DNA from: Octopus sinensis
Lineage: Eukaryota
DNA: 64,000 nucleotides
Direction of reading: 5' to 3'
NCBI RefSeq assembly: GCF_006345805.1
Contig: NC_043015.1
Location: 48,422,001-48,486,000, forward strand
The notes beneath the pieces are model-generated. The model saw nothing but the letters and a program-made list of their open reading frames with translations. It did no database searches and was not told where the DNA came from. Both the position numbers and the translations under genes were made by a program. Positions 11,896-24,879 of the stretch are shown in pieces. The stretch's first letter is position 1. Each line of letters begins with the position of its first letter.

Positions 11896-13616
11896 AACAG
11901 TTTCCAGACAATTTAGTTTCAAAATATTTCTCTTCACTGATATGCTGCTGTCATTCTTCCCGTCATTTGATTCTTTTCTTTCCTTTTTTTCATCTCTTTT
12001 ACTATTTTACCAATCCACTAAATTTCCTTGCATTTCAAATTTTTTTTATTTAGTCCTGGAACAGATTCCTGTATTCTTTTTATGTTTCGGTCATTTTGAC
12101 TGCAGCCATGCTGGAGCACCGCCTTTTACTCAAACAAATCGACCCCAGAACTTATTCTTTGTAAGCCTGTAATTATTCTATCAGTGTCTTTTGCTGAACC
12201 ACTAATTTACGGGGACGTAAACAAACCAATATTAGTTGTCAAGCGATGGTGAGGAGACAAACACAGACACACAAATACATATACACACACACATATGACT
12301 GGCTCTTTCAGTTTCCGTCTGTCAAATCCACTCAAAAGGCTTTGGTTGGCCCGAGGCTATAGCAAGGTGCCACATAGTGAGACTGAACCTGGAACCATGT
12401 GGTTGGTAAGCAAGCTACTTACTACACAGCCACTCCTGCGCCTATTACTCTCTTTACTCTTTTACTGGTTTCAGTCATTTGACTGCGGCCATGCTGGAGC
12501 ACCGCCTTTAATCGAGCAACTCGACCCCGGGACTTATTCTTTTGAAAGCCCAGTACTTATTCTTTTGAAAGCCCAGTACTTATTCTATCAGTCTCTTTTG
12601 CCGAACTGCTAAGTAATGGGGACATAAACACACAAGCATCGGTTGTCAAGCAATGCTAGGGGGACAAACACAGACACACACGCATATATATGTATATATA
12701 TACATATATATGACGGGCTTCTTTCAGTTTCCGTCTACCAAATCCACTCACAAGGCTTTGGTCGGCCCGAGGCTATAGCAGCAGACACTTGCCCAAGGTG
12801 ACACATAGTGGGACTGAACCTGGAACCATGTGGTTGGTAAGCAAGCTACTTACGACACAGCCACTCCTGCGCCTATGTACAACATTTTCCACAAAATAGC
12901 ATAAATTTCAGTATCTATATTCCTGAAACTACTACAGGACCAAATATAACTGGTACTCTGTCAGTTATGAGTGTTCGAGTTGACTTGATCGATGGAACAA
13001 CCTGTTTGCGAAATTAATGTGCAAGTGGCTGAGCACTCCACAGATACACATGCCTTTAATGTAGTTCTCAGAGAGATTCAGCGTGACATAAAGTGTGATA
13101 AGTCTGACCTTTTGAAATACAGGTACAACTCATTTTTGCCAGGTGAGTAAATTGGAGTAACATGAAATAAAGCATCTAGCTTAAGGATACAATGCGTCAC
13201 TGAGAATCAAACCCATGATCCTACAATTGCGAGCTGGATACACCTAGCCACAAGCCACATGCCTTCACAAAGGACTTGATATGCTCGAATAGAATCTAAA
13301 AAAATTGCTTACATAATTCTGATTTTAATACATCTCTCTTTGCTTATCATGGATGCTTGGTTCCATTAAAAAAAGCAACAAAAAAAATAATAAAAAAACA
13401 GTGTTAAATGAATCAGTGATAAATGAACAACAGAAGATATGGAGAAAATAGGTTTCATTTTAAGACCTCAACTAACCCAAACAACACCTCTAAACAGTTT
13501 TTAAACACACATGATAATGTTGTTGCATGTTTGGAATGATATTTAGAGTAAAATTTAATAACATATGATCAGTAAATAATATATATTATATATATGTATG
13601 TATATATATATATATA

Positions 13617-15269
13617 TCGGGTTATCCCATAAATAATGTGTTTTTTTTCAATTGCATGAACTGAAAGACAGAGTGGGATGGGATAAGCTACCTGCATCAA
13701 CTTGCTATAAAAGCAGGTAGTGATTTTTACCTTGTTCTTAGTGTAAGTTTTGAAGAGTGCAGTTCGATTTTAACAGTTATTTTTTCAAAGCTATAATGGA
13801 AATGACAAAGGAGCATATTCAGTGTATTTTGCTTTATGAGATCAACAAAGGAAACAATGCAATGGAAAGTGTGAGGAATATTAATGCAGTATATGGGGAT
13901 TGGACAATAAGCGTAAGCCAGTGTCAACGGTGCTTCCAGAAATTCTGAGCTGGAAACTACAGCCTAGAAGACAAGCCTTGTTCTAGAAGATCTGTAGAGC
14001 TCGATGGGGACATCCTGCAAATCCTAGTGGAATAAAATCCCATCATAACTGTTGAGGAACTAGCAGAGAAGCTTGGATTTGGTCATTCAACCATTCATCA
14101 ATAACTCTTGAGCACCTTTTCAAACTCCACCCGTCTAACACCCGTGGACATATTTACAAAGTCAGAAAACAGCACAGCTCCCATGACTTTCGGAAACATT
14201 TTTTCACGCTGAGAGTTCCTGAAGCATGGAACAAACTGCCGGTATCAGTTGTTAGTTGTCAGAGCACTGCATTCTTCAAAACTTCCATGCTTCCTGAGAT
14301 TTGCCAACACTACACCTGATTTTCTCCTCTCCATACACACACAAGCATGTATCTGACTCATACATTGTTTGCTTTCCAGACATTACTGCATATACTTTAT
14401 ATGCACTTTCTGACAAGTTGTGGTGCACCTGAGTACTGTATACAATAATTTCATTATTATTATTATTTTATCAACACCAGTGTGCCATCGGAAAAGTCAG
14501 CAAATTGGGTCAATGGGTTCCTCACAAACTTTCCAAATCTAATCGCGAGCAGAGATTGAATGTGTTCTCTTCTTTGCTGTCACATCTCACGAATGAACCT
14601 TTTTTTCAGACTGAATAGTGACTGGTGACAAGAAATGAGTTCTCAATAAAAATGTCCAGTGCCAAAGACAGTGGGTAGGGAAATGAGAAACACCAGCGTC
14701 TCAAGCTAAAGAAGGCCTTTGCCCACATAAGGTGTTGTTATCAGTTTGGTGAGATGCGAAATGTTTAGTCTACTTTGAACTTTTAAACCTAAACCAAATG
14801 ATAACAAAGGAGATCTTCTGTGAGCAGCTTGAGCAGCTGAAGTCAGCGCTAGAAGGAAAACAATCATCTTTGGTTTTAAGATGAAAGGTGTTCTTCCATC
14901 AGGATAATGCTTGGCCACATACTGTGAGGATAACATTCCAAAGGCTGGAGCAGTTTGAATGGGAAACAATGCCTTACCCACCATATTCGCTGGATATTGC
15001 CCCATCTGATTATCATTTATTCCACAGTCTTCAAAAACATTTAAATGGAAAAAATATGAATTCTGTAGATGAGGTCAGAACAATACTGGAGTACTTTTCA
15101 TTACAGACAAGTGAATTTTGGAAGATGGGCCTTGCAAGTCAACCAGACAGATGGAAGAATATTGTAGAAAATGAAGAAGAGTATATTTAAGATTAAAAAA
15201 GAACTTTGTTTATCTTATTTTGAAAAATAAAATATTAAAAAAAAACACATTATTTATGGGATAACCCAA
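13617..15269 (+). mobile_element. Degenerate mariner (DD34D) transposon with a nested CR1 insertion (about 14102-14467)
   Basis: TIRs T(C/T)GGGTTATCCCATAAATAATGTG with TA TSDs. HTH fragment EHIQCILLYE...QRCFQKF, then WVPHKL, and HQDNAWPHT...PPYSLDIAPSDYHLF with 34 residues between the aspartates. Contains stops and frameshifts. Confidence 0.9.
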
Positions 15270-15273
15270 TATT

Positions 15274-15307
<34 letters not shown>

Positions 15308-17626
15308 CATATAAAGTAACAAACTGAAGTAAAAAGATTCTTCAAAGGAGTGTGCTAATTTTTACAATCCAGCCGTCCTTTCACATGGAATTTCGGCTAT
15401 CTTTAAACCATGACCCTAAAGTGACTTATATATAAGGGAACTGTTATTGTGTATGTGTATCACAAAATGTATATAAATCGAAACAATTTGCTGGCCTTTT
15501 ATGGTTTTTCTTAATAATTGCTATATAATATTGTTATTTTATATTCATAGTATATCATGTAATATTATAATATAAATTATTGGATTGTCAATAGTATCTC
15601 TCTCATCATCATCGTTTAATGTCTGCTTTCCATGCTAGCATGGGTTGGACGATTTGACTGAGGTCTGGCGAACCAGATGACTGCACCAGCCTCCAATCTG
15701 ATCTGGCAGAGTTTCTACAGCTGGATGCCTTTCCTAACAACAAACACTCCGAGAGTGTAGTGGGTGCTTTTACATGCCACCAGCACGAGGGCCAGTCAGG
15801 CGGTACTGGCAACGGCCATGCTCAAATGGCGCTTTTTATGTGCCACCTGCACAGGAGTCAGTCCAGCGGCACTGGCAATGACCTTGCTCGAATATTTTTT
15901 TCAAGTAAGGTCGTTGCCAGTGCCGCTGGACTGGCTCCTGTGCAGGTGGCACATAAAAAGCATGTCAGTGTATTTTTGTGTTTCCTTGTCTTGACATTAC
16001 TTGACGGTTGTCACACAATGTGTCATCCATTTCCAGTATCCAGTTAAAACCTGTCCAGCTTGGAAGCAAATAGGGTGGGCAACAGGAAGAGCATCTGACC
16101 ATAGAAAATCTGCCTCAGTAAACTCTGTTAGACACATGCAAGTGTGGAAAAGTGAACATTAAAACAATATAGCTGTTAGATGTCTGCTAAAGATTCTTTT
16201 GCTGGTTCTTATTTAGAAGGATTTGATTTTGTAACAAGGACGTTGTTGGGCTCATAATCATAAAATCAAGGGTTCAATTCTTAGACCAGACAGTACATTG
16301 TTTTCTTGAGCAAGGTACTTTATGTTGCTATAGTTACATTACTGAGTAAGTTGTTAAGGAACTACTATTGAGTAAATCAACCATGGAATATAATATTTAC
16401 AAAGTCAGAAAACAGCACAGCTCCCATAACTTTAGGAAACATTTTTTCACGCTGAGAGTTGCTGAAGCATGGAACAAACTGCTGGCATCAGTTGCTAGTT
16501 GTCGGAGCACTGCATCCTTCAAAACTTCCATGCTTCCTGAGATTCGCCAACACTACACCTGACTTCCTCCCCTCCATACACATGCAAGCATGTATCTGAC
16601 TCATACATTGTTCTCTTTCCATACATTTGTACATTACTGCATATACTTTATATGCACTTTCTGACAAGTTGAGGTGCACCTGAGCACTGTATACAATAAT
16701 TTCATTATTATTATTTTTAATGACGTCTTCAAAATTCTTGTCTAGGAACATGGGACAGTAGTTTGTCCCCTCTATGTTTAGCCCCTTGTGGGTAATAAAG
16801 AAACAAATATATAAGGTGTCATCAGAATCAATATCAACAGAAGAACATTGGAAAGAACTAGAATTTGGCAATTGTTTTCATTAAAAATGAATAATTTCAT
16901 ATAAAAATATATAAAACAAATCATTTATAGTCAATTCTAGTACATCCCTCTTTCTTGCCCCACCTCTGGCCATCACGTCCTGAATCTTTAACTGGACCAA
17001 GGGCAGGAGGACTGGTATTTTATATGGATATTATAGGTCTGAATTTTTCAGAATTACATTTTGTGAATAATAGAATTTAAATGAAACCCGGTGAGAAATA
17101 AAACTTATAATAACATAAAATTAGCTATGTAAAATTATCCTAAAATGGTAATTTTATGCAGAAAGCAAAGAGGAGAAAATAGTGATTTCAAATTTTGGTA
17201 TAAGGCCAGCAATTTTGGGGGAGAGGATTAATTGATTACATTGACCCCAGTGTGCAACTGGTACTTATTTTATCGACCCTGAAAGGATGAAAGGCAAAGT
17301 CAACCTTGATGGAATTTGAACGCAGAATGAAAGGACAGACAAAAGGCCGCTAAGTATTTTGCCCAGCATGCTAACAATTCTGCCAGCTCGCTCTCTTAAA
17401 GAAGAGAAAATATTGTTAACCCACTTGAGACAAATCCTCCCAAGACCACCTCTGCTTCCATAATACAAAATTTCATGTTTTAAAGTGTTCTAAATTAAAA
17501 TCTTCTTTTAAAATTTCGTGATTATTTATGGTCTAAACACCAGGTTAACAATGACAAAGTTACTTTACTAAATTCTTTATCATTTTAAAAATTAATTGAA
17601 AGAAAAGCAATGTATTTCAACAGGCA

Positions 17627-17991
17627 TCTCTATATATATAAACGGCAAAATGTCTGCGTGTGTGTCCTTTATACAAATCCACAATTTTTCAGTTAGAGGG
17701 CTCGCACTTTCTATGGTCATTTAAAACCATCCAAGGGTGGTCGTGCACATCTTTACATTTCCTCAGTCACCCCGCAAAGCCATTAAAAAATCAATAGAAG
17801 TGACTTTTTTGTGAATTTTCTAACCAAAACCCAATCAAAATGCCAAAAAACTTGATACGCCAATTGAATGCCAGCTAGCTGTATGTGATTGGTCGGAGAT
17901 TTGGACAGTACTTGCGTGTATGTGCGCACGCATGCAGCTGTATATGCATGCACTAGCACTATGACCTGGCAACGCCAGGTCATAGTGCTAG
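17627..17991 (+). mobile_element. Non-autonomous Helitron-like element
   Basis: A|TCTCTATATATATAAA 5' end and a GGCAACGCC hairpin followed by CTAG|T at the 3' end, giving an A^T target. Confidence 0.75.
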
Positions 17992-18291
17992 TATACTAAT
18001 AAAAGTGTCAATCAATCTTCAAAAGTATTTTCCCCTCTTTACTTTTTACATAAAATTAATATTTTCATTAGATTTTCTATTTCGTTACATTTACTGATCA
18101 TGATCAGGACAACTGTTCTGGTATTCTATATTGATACTATAGGTTTGAATTTTGTGAATAACAGAATTTAAATGACACTTGGTGAGAAATAAAACTAATA
18201 GGCGCAGGAGTGACTGTGTGGGAAGTAGATTGTTTACCAACCACATGGTCCCGGATTCAGTCCCACTGCGTGGCACCTTAAGCCCGTCGTA

Positions 18292-18343
<52 letters not shown>

Positions 18344-18636
18344 TGTGTGTATTTGTGTGTCTGTGTTTGTCCCCCTAGCATTGCTTGACAACCGATGCTG
18401 GTGTGTTTATGTCCCTGTTACTTAGTGGTTCGGCAAAAGAGACCGATAGAATAAGTACTGGGCTTACAAAAGAATAAGTCCCGGGGTCGAGTTACTCGAT
18501 TAAAGGTGGTGCTCCAGCATGGCCGCAGTCAAATGACTGAAACAAGTAAAAGAGTAAAAGAGTAAAGAGTAATAACAATATATTGAAAAAATAAATGAAA
18601 TAAAATAACAACCCAGCCACCGGTGAATAAAAATGT

Positions 18637-18642
18637 TTTAAT
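18637..18642 (-). terminator. Candidate polyadenylation signal ATTAAA of the ASB-type gene
   Basis: ATTAAA on the minus strand about 130 nt after the stop codon, followed by U-rich sequence. There is no transcript evidence. Confidence 0.3.
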
Positions 18643-18770
18643 AAATCTGAAATAAATATCCACAATTTTTTCCCTGGTACAAATTGTCATGGGCTGACAC
18701 TCTGAATAAATATCTTCTGATCTCTGTGAACTTAGAACTGCATGCAAATATACAAGACAATTGTGATATA

Positions 18771-19216
18771 TTAGCTGTCGACTGAGAGCAAATGATTTAA
18801 AAGAATTTTGTTGTTAATGAAAGGTGGAAGCTTCAAGCTCTTCACTTTTTGGGAAATATTTCCACCTATACATGATCGAATTGTCCTGATACAATAAAAC
18901 TGAAGTGATTGTGTTGTGCGTGTATAGTCCGTATACCATTTTGCCATTTCTTCACATGCAAGTAATGGGTCTCTTAGGTCTTCATTTTTTTCAACTAAGC
19001 CTGCCTTCCATTGATAACCAGCAAAAAGTAAAAGTTTTGCTATCTCCCAGTTCTTCATGAAGATAGCCAGTTCAAAAGGATCGAAGTAATAATCAATTCT
19101 TTTGCGACAGATTCTACCTCGATTCTGAAACTCACAATTCCAATAAAGTAAATGTTTAACCACATTAATTTGATTACGGCTGACAGCAGCAAGAATTGGT
19201 GTAACGCCAGATGGAA
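18771..19216 (-). CDS. ASB-type gene, terminal exon D (ankyrin repeats plus C-terminal SOCS box)
   Basis: Acceptor gtttctttttctag|TT is phase 1 and matches the exon C donor (T+TT=Phe). Translation GVTPILAAV...TQSLQFYCIRTIRSCIGG...VKSLKLPPFI (BC box and Cul5-box-like motif). Stop TAA at 18773-18771. Confidence 0.92.
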
Positions 19217-20869
19217 CTAGAAAAAGAAACAAATTGAAATAAAAATTAATCAAACTGAGTAATCAGATCATATGCAAGAGTATTTGATTATAGAACTGTT
19301 AATAACAATCAACTCATCAACTGAAAGGTGTGGGTGTGGCTGTGTGGTGAGAGGTTTGCTTCTCAACCACATGGTCATAGGTTCAGTCCCACTGTGTGGC
19401 ACCTTAAGCAAGTGTCTTCTACCTTAACCTCAGGGTGACCAAAGCCTTGTGAGTGGATGACAGATGGAAACTGAAAAAAGCCCGTTGTATCTGTGTGTCT
19501 TTGTTTGTCCTTGACAACTGGTATTGGTGTGCTTAGCAGCTCAGCAAAAGAACTGAGCAGCTCAGCAAAAGAGACCAATAGAAAAAGTACCAGGTTTAAC
19601 AAGGCCCAACCTTCTGAGTGCTTTCACAGGACTTAGAAAAACTGAAGGACTGCTGCAATAAGTCTGTGAATCTGAGAGGGGAATATGTTGAATAAAATCA
19701 TAATTAACTGATCCTCCTGTACTTTCTTTGACCCAAGAGTCAATTTGTTTGACTAAAATTTTTCAAGGTGGTGCCCAAGCATGGCCAAAGTCGAATGAGT
19801 GAAACAAGGCAAATATAGAAGATATTATGCATGTATAACAACCCTCATTCATGTATAACGCAACCCCGTTAATTATGGGAAGGGAAATCCTGGATAACAA
19901 TATCTCTCGTATATATACCACATGCTGACTTTTCTTAAGAGTTACGATGTATGGGAAAAGAAGTTCGTAGTTAAATTCATTTGAATCATGGTAGAAAATA
20001 CATTGGAAATGTTCACATGTTCTAAATGAAATGGAATCAAACACACATAGACAAGGTATGTGTTGTTAGTTTGTGAGTTGACAGCAGTTTTAGGTGTAAG
20101 AGAATATATTCTTTAAGTGCCTGGTGTAAAAAAACACCTGAAGTTAAGTCATAGTCAAGTGAGACAACTCATATAGATGCCTAAGAGTGATTCATATAGA
20201 TCCCTAAGATGTGACTTATCAATGCTGCATACTGAACAAGGCCCACTGCGAGCTATATCGCCGAGTACGACTATATGCTAAATGGTTTAAACACCATCTA
20301 CTAGCATGTCCCAACGTTTGAGCCTTGTTTGGTATGCGGCACTGATAAGTCACAACAATGGCAAAACATTGGTGTCTGTTGGTCTAAGAAGGAAGGAACC
20401 TATGTGAGTTGTCTTGCTTGACTATCACTTACTTCCAGGTGTTTCTTAACACCAGGCGCATAGAGAATATATTTGTATTTGTGGGTGTACCTCTGTCTCC
20501 TTTGTATGTATATGTTCAAGTATGTCTGTATGTATGGGTTTCTGTGACTATGTATGTGCGTCTGTTATGTATGGATGTGTGTCTCCATATGTGTCCTTGT
20601 GTGTATGTGAGTGTGAAGTGTACATATGGTCATGTGTTTCAGTCTTCATTTGTGTATGTATGTGTGCTTGTCTGTCCGTATTACCTATCTAACTGTTTAC
20701 TTACATATTTATTTACCTACCTACGCACACACACACATATATACATATATATATACATATATATACATATACACACACATATATATATATATCTATATAT
20801 ACATATATATATACATATATATATGTCTACATAACAGCCAACTAACAACTCTACCAGAGTATATATAAA

Positions 20870-21330
20870 CTGTAGGTATAGGGGTATGACTACCTTCAAC
20901 ATATATTTCCTGTTTAATACTGGGGACGTATCATTAATGTCTGTGTGTTGGGTCCTTTGGGTGCTTAGATAAAATGCGGACGTCAAGTTGACCCAGTGTG
21001 CCTCCATGGTGGTCTTTGGCATGTTGGTAGAGTATGGAGGACTGTTTTTTATTGTCATATTGTCTCAAATGTTCCTTTAGTCTTTCCACAATGCTTCTAG
21101 ATGTCTCACCTATGTATATCATGTTCTTGTCTTTACAAGCACCTGCTATGCTACATTTCTAGTTCTGCAGTTAATGCCAGGGTTAATCTTACATACCATC
21201 CAGTTATCATTGGGACATGTGGTACCCTCAAAGGGGCATGTTCCACATAGTTATGATCTGATGGAGCTCCCTGGCTTTTGATAGGGAACCTTTGATCATG
21301 GACCTTGTAGCTGTAGCCAGCTATTTTTGA
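20870..21330 (-). pseudogene. Penelope-like element GIY-YIG endonuclease remnant
   Basis: CPNDNWMVCKINPGINCRTRNV... followed, after a frameshift, by MIYIGETSRSIVERLKEHLR...HAKDHH. Confidence 0.8.
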
Positions 21331-21390
21331 GTGGAAGGAAGTAGGTAATGATTTAAGTCTTGCATATAAGAAAACTGCAGTGTGTGTGTA

Positions 21391-21606
21391 TGAGGGGGCG
21401 CTGAAAAGTTTCAGGCTAAAGGGTATTGAAAAAGGCCAGGTTGGCGGCCCAACCTTCTGAGTTCTTTCACAGGACTTAGAAAAACTGAAGGACTGCTGCA
21501 ATAAATTTGTGAATCTGAGAGGGGAATATGTTGAATAAAATCATAATTAACTGATCTTCCTCTATTTTCTTTTACCCAAAGCCAGGAACTTTTCAGCACT
21601 CCCTCA
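21391..21606. mobile_element. Mariner-derived MITE (TA TSD)
   Basis: TA|TGAGGGGGCGCTGAAAAGTTTCAGGCT at the left and AGCCAGGAACTTTTCAGCACTCCCTCA|TA at the right. Related copies lie at about 19603-19740 (partial) and 43125-43625 (interrupted). Confidence 0.8.
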
Positions 21607-22132
21607 TACATAGACACATGTTGATGGCTCCATCTTGTAAGAAGAGTACCATCCCTTCACTGAACCTAGCACAACCATGTGTGCAAAGGTGGCTCTTCAG
21701 TCCAGCTTCCACCAATGTAAGGGAATAGAATGGGTATATTATTAATACAATATCATAAATTAAGCTCCATTTATGGCCAAAATGTTACAAGAGTGAGTTT
21801 TTTTAAAATTAACCAACACTCGTGGACATACTTAAAAAATCAAAAAACAACACGGCACCCCTGATTTTTGCAAACATTTTTTCACAGTGAGAACTGTTGA
21901 ACCATGGAATAAACTATTTGCATCAGTTGTTAGCAGTCAAGACTTCCATGCTTCTTGAAATTCACCAACAGTGCACCTGATGCCCACAGCCACCTCCGTT
22001 TTTTTCTTCTTCCCTTTTTTAAAAACTTTTTCATTGTTCACCTGTGCATAATCTATGTACTGTTCACGTAGTTTTGATTACTTTTTCCGATGAGCTGTAA
22101 GTGCACCAGAACATTATGTAAATTCATTATAG

Positions 22133-22640
22133 AGAATACCCTCCATCAGGCATTTGCCATATTCTGAACGCCTTACTTCCCTGGGCATGGATACATTGAA
22201 ATTCCGACGTCTGGCAGCTGACTTGGCAGACACCCATAAAATTATTAACCATCTTACAAACTATAACTCTGAGCACCTTTTCAAACTCCACCCGTCTAAC
22301 ACCCGTGGACATGTTTACAAAGTCAGAAAACAGCACAGCTCCCATGACTTTCAAAAACATTTTTTCACGCTAAGAGTTGCTGAAGCATGGAACAGACTGC
22401 CAGCATCAGTTGTTAGTTGTCGGAGCACTGCATCCTTCAAAACTTCCATGCTTCCTGACATTCGCCAACACTACACCTGGTTTTCTCCCCTCCATACACA
22501 CGCAAGCATGTATCTGACTCATACATTGTTCACTTTCCAGACATTTGTACATTACTGCATATGCTTTATATGCACTTTTGACAAGTTGTGGTACATCTGA
22601 GCACTGCATACAATAATTTCATTATTATTATTATTATTAT
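22133..22640 (+). mobile_element. CR1-type LINE 3' end (RT C-terminus, 3' UTR, ATT tail)
   Basis: PYSERLTSLGMDTLKFRRLAADLADTHKII...TRGH...KHFFTLRVAEAWNRLP. Shorter copies lie at about 14102-14467, 16385-16715 and 26705-27100. Confidence 0.85.
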
Positions 22641-23053
22641 ATAAAGGTAAGAATAATTATATAATCATCAGACATAGTCAACTGGAAATCTAATACTTGG
22701 ACTCTTTTGCAGTGAAGGTATAAAAGAAAAGGTCTGGCTAATAAGCCAATGAAATTTTTTGGCTGCATTAAAGAAACCAAGAGAGAAAAGCGTTGAAGAT
22801 AGGTGCAGACAAAATAAAATGTTAGGTCTAGTTCTTCCAGAGTTATGTCCCTTGGATTGGATTACGCCGTCAAAAGTAAACCCAGCAGTCGAGGCCAATG
22901 TGCAGAGAATTTTCATTGCATGTGTGTGTCTACGAATGAAGTAGGGTGAAGTGTTATGAGGAGAGAGTGATGGGAAGAGGGTGAGAGAGTGAGAGGAATG
23001 ATGGGAGGTGGGAAGCTAATTAGCAAGTTTATGAAGGAGTATTATATGTATTA

Positions 23054-23439
23054 CTAGCAGTATCGCCCGGCGTTGTTCGGGTTTGTAAGGGAAATAACTA
23101 TATAAGCATTTTTAGAGAGTTATAGCCAAAAAATAGCAAAAAAATGCATCAAAAATGGAAAAAAAATTATGGTAAATTTTTTTTAAAACCGTTGGTTCAT
23201 CGTAGACATTTTTAGAGTTACTTCCCTTATATAATAGCGAAAAAAATGCATTAAAATGGAAAAAAACTATGGTAAATTTATTTTTAAGTCGTAGACGCGC
23301 GCTAATACCCAGAAGGGCTCGATATGAATCACGACTATAAGATACCCGGTTTTGGTTAAACTGCACCGCAAAATGTGGGAGTAGTTAGGAATCTAAATCG
23401 TAGGAGACAGACACACAACCTTACTTTTATATATAAAGA
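23054..23439 (-). mobile_element. Non-autonomous Helitron-like element
   Basis: The minus strand starts A|TCTTTATATATAAAAG and ends CCCGAACAACGCCGGGCGATACTGCTAG|T. Confidence 0.8.
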
Positions 23440-24879
23440 TATTGTATGTGTATTGGTGAGGTGTGTGGTGGGGCAATGTGATAAATTGTGAGAGGAAAGA
23501 GAATGAGGATTGAAGGTAGGGAGACAAATGGAGGACGAGACTTATAAGAGAAAAGAAAGAAATAAAGAGGACATTGGAAGAAAGAAAAGAATAAGGCGCA
23601 GGAGTGGCTGTGTGGTAAGTAGCTTGCTTACCAACCACATGGTTCGGGTTCAGTCCCACTGCGTGGCACTTTGGGCAAGTGTCTTCTACTATAGCCTCGG
23701 GCCGACCAAAGCCTTGTGAGTGGATTTGGTAGACGGAAACTGAAAGAAGCCTGTCATATATATGTATATATATGTATGTGTGTTTGTGTGTCTGTGTTTG
23801 TCCTTCCAACATTGCTTGACAACCGATGCTGGTGTGTTCATGTCCCCGTTACTTAGCAGTTTGGCAAAACAGACCGATAGAATAAGTACTAGGCTTACAA
23901 ATAATAAGTCCTGGGGTCAATTTGCTCAACTAAAGGCGGTGCTCCAGCATGGCCGCAGTCAAATGACTGAAACAAGTAAAAGAGTAATGAGAGTAAGTGT
24001 CAAAATACAGAAGAAAGGGATGAAAATAACTCCAAAAGGGGCCAAATGCCAGATATGACTAGTATGGAGGACTAGATCAATTAGTGAAAACATAATGCCA
24101 TTCATGAAGGCAGGGGGTAAAAATTTCGTATCTAGAGTTTAGAAAGGTCCACAGGTGAAGCAAATTCTTCAGGATAATTCCTTTGTCTGTGAAAGAGAGC
24201 TTGGACCTTCTGCTGTTGTGAAGACATGGCCTGCACTTTTCTAGCAATCTCCACTATTGCCAACAGGCTAAGCAAAAGTCAGATATTAGTGACAGACGTG
24301 GCTGTGTGATAAGAAACTTGCTTCCAACCACATGGTTCTGAGTTCAGTCCCACTGAGTGGCATCTTGGTTAAGTGTCTCCTATTACAGTCCCATAGGTGT
24401 ACTTAGTGGATGGAATCAGAAAGAAGCCCATCATATATATATATAAACATACATACACACATACATACATAATACATACATACACACACACACACACATA
24501 CATACATACACACATACATACATACATACATTCATACATACATGCATACATGCATACATATATACATACATATATACACATATATGTATATATCTATGTG
24601 TCTGCATCTTTGTGAATATGTTTGTCATCCACCACTGCTTGACAACTGGTGTTGGTTTGATTATGTCCCCATAACTTTTTGGTTCAGCAAAAGAGACCAA
24701 TGGAATAAGTACTGGGCTTAAAAAAATAAGTCCTAGGGTCAATTTGTTTGACCAAAGCTCTTCAAGGTGGTGCCCCAGCATGGGCTGCAGTCTAATGACT
24801 GAAACAAGTAGAAGAAGCAGTATTATTACTAAATGGTAAGCTCTGTATCCTACTTAATGTAGATGTATTATAACGATGT

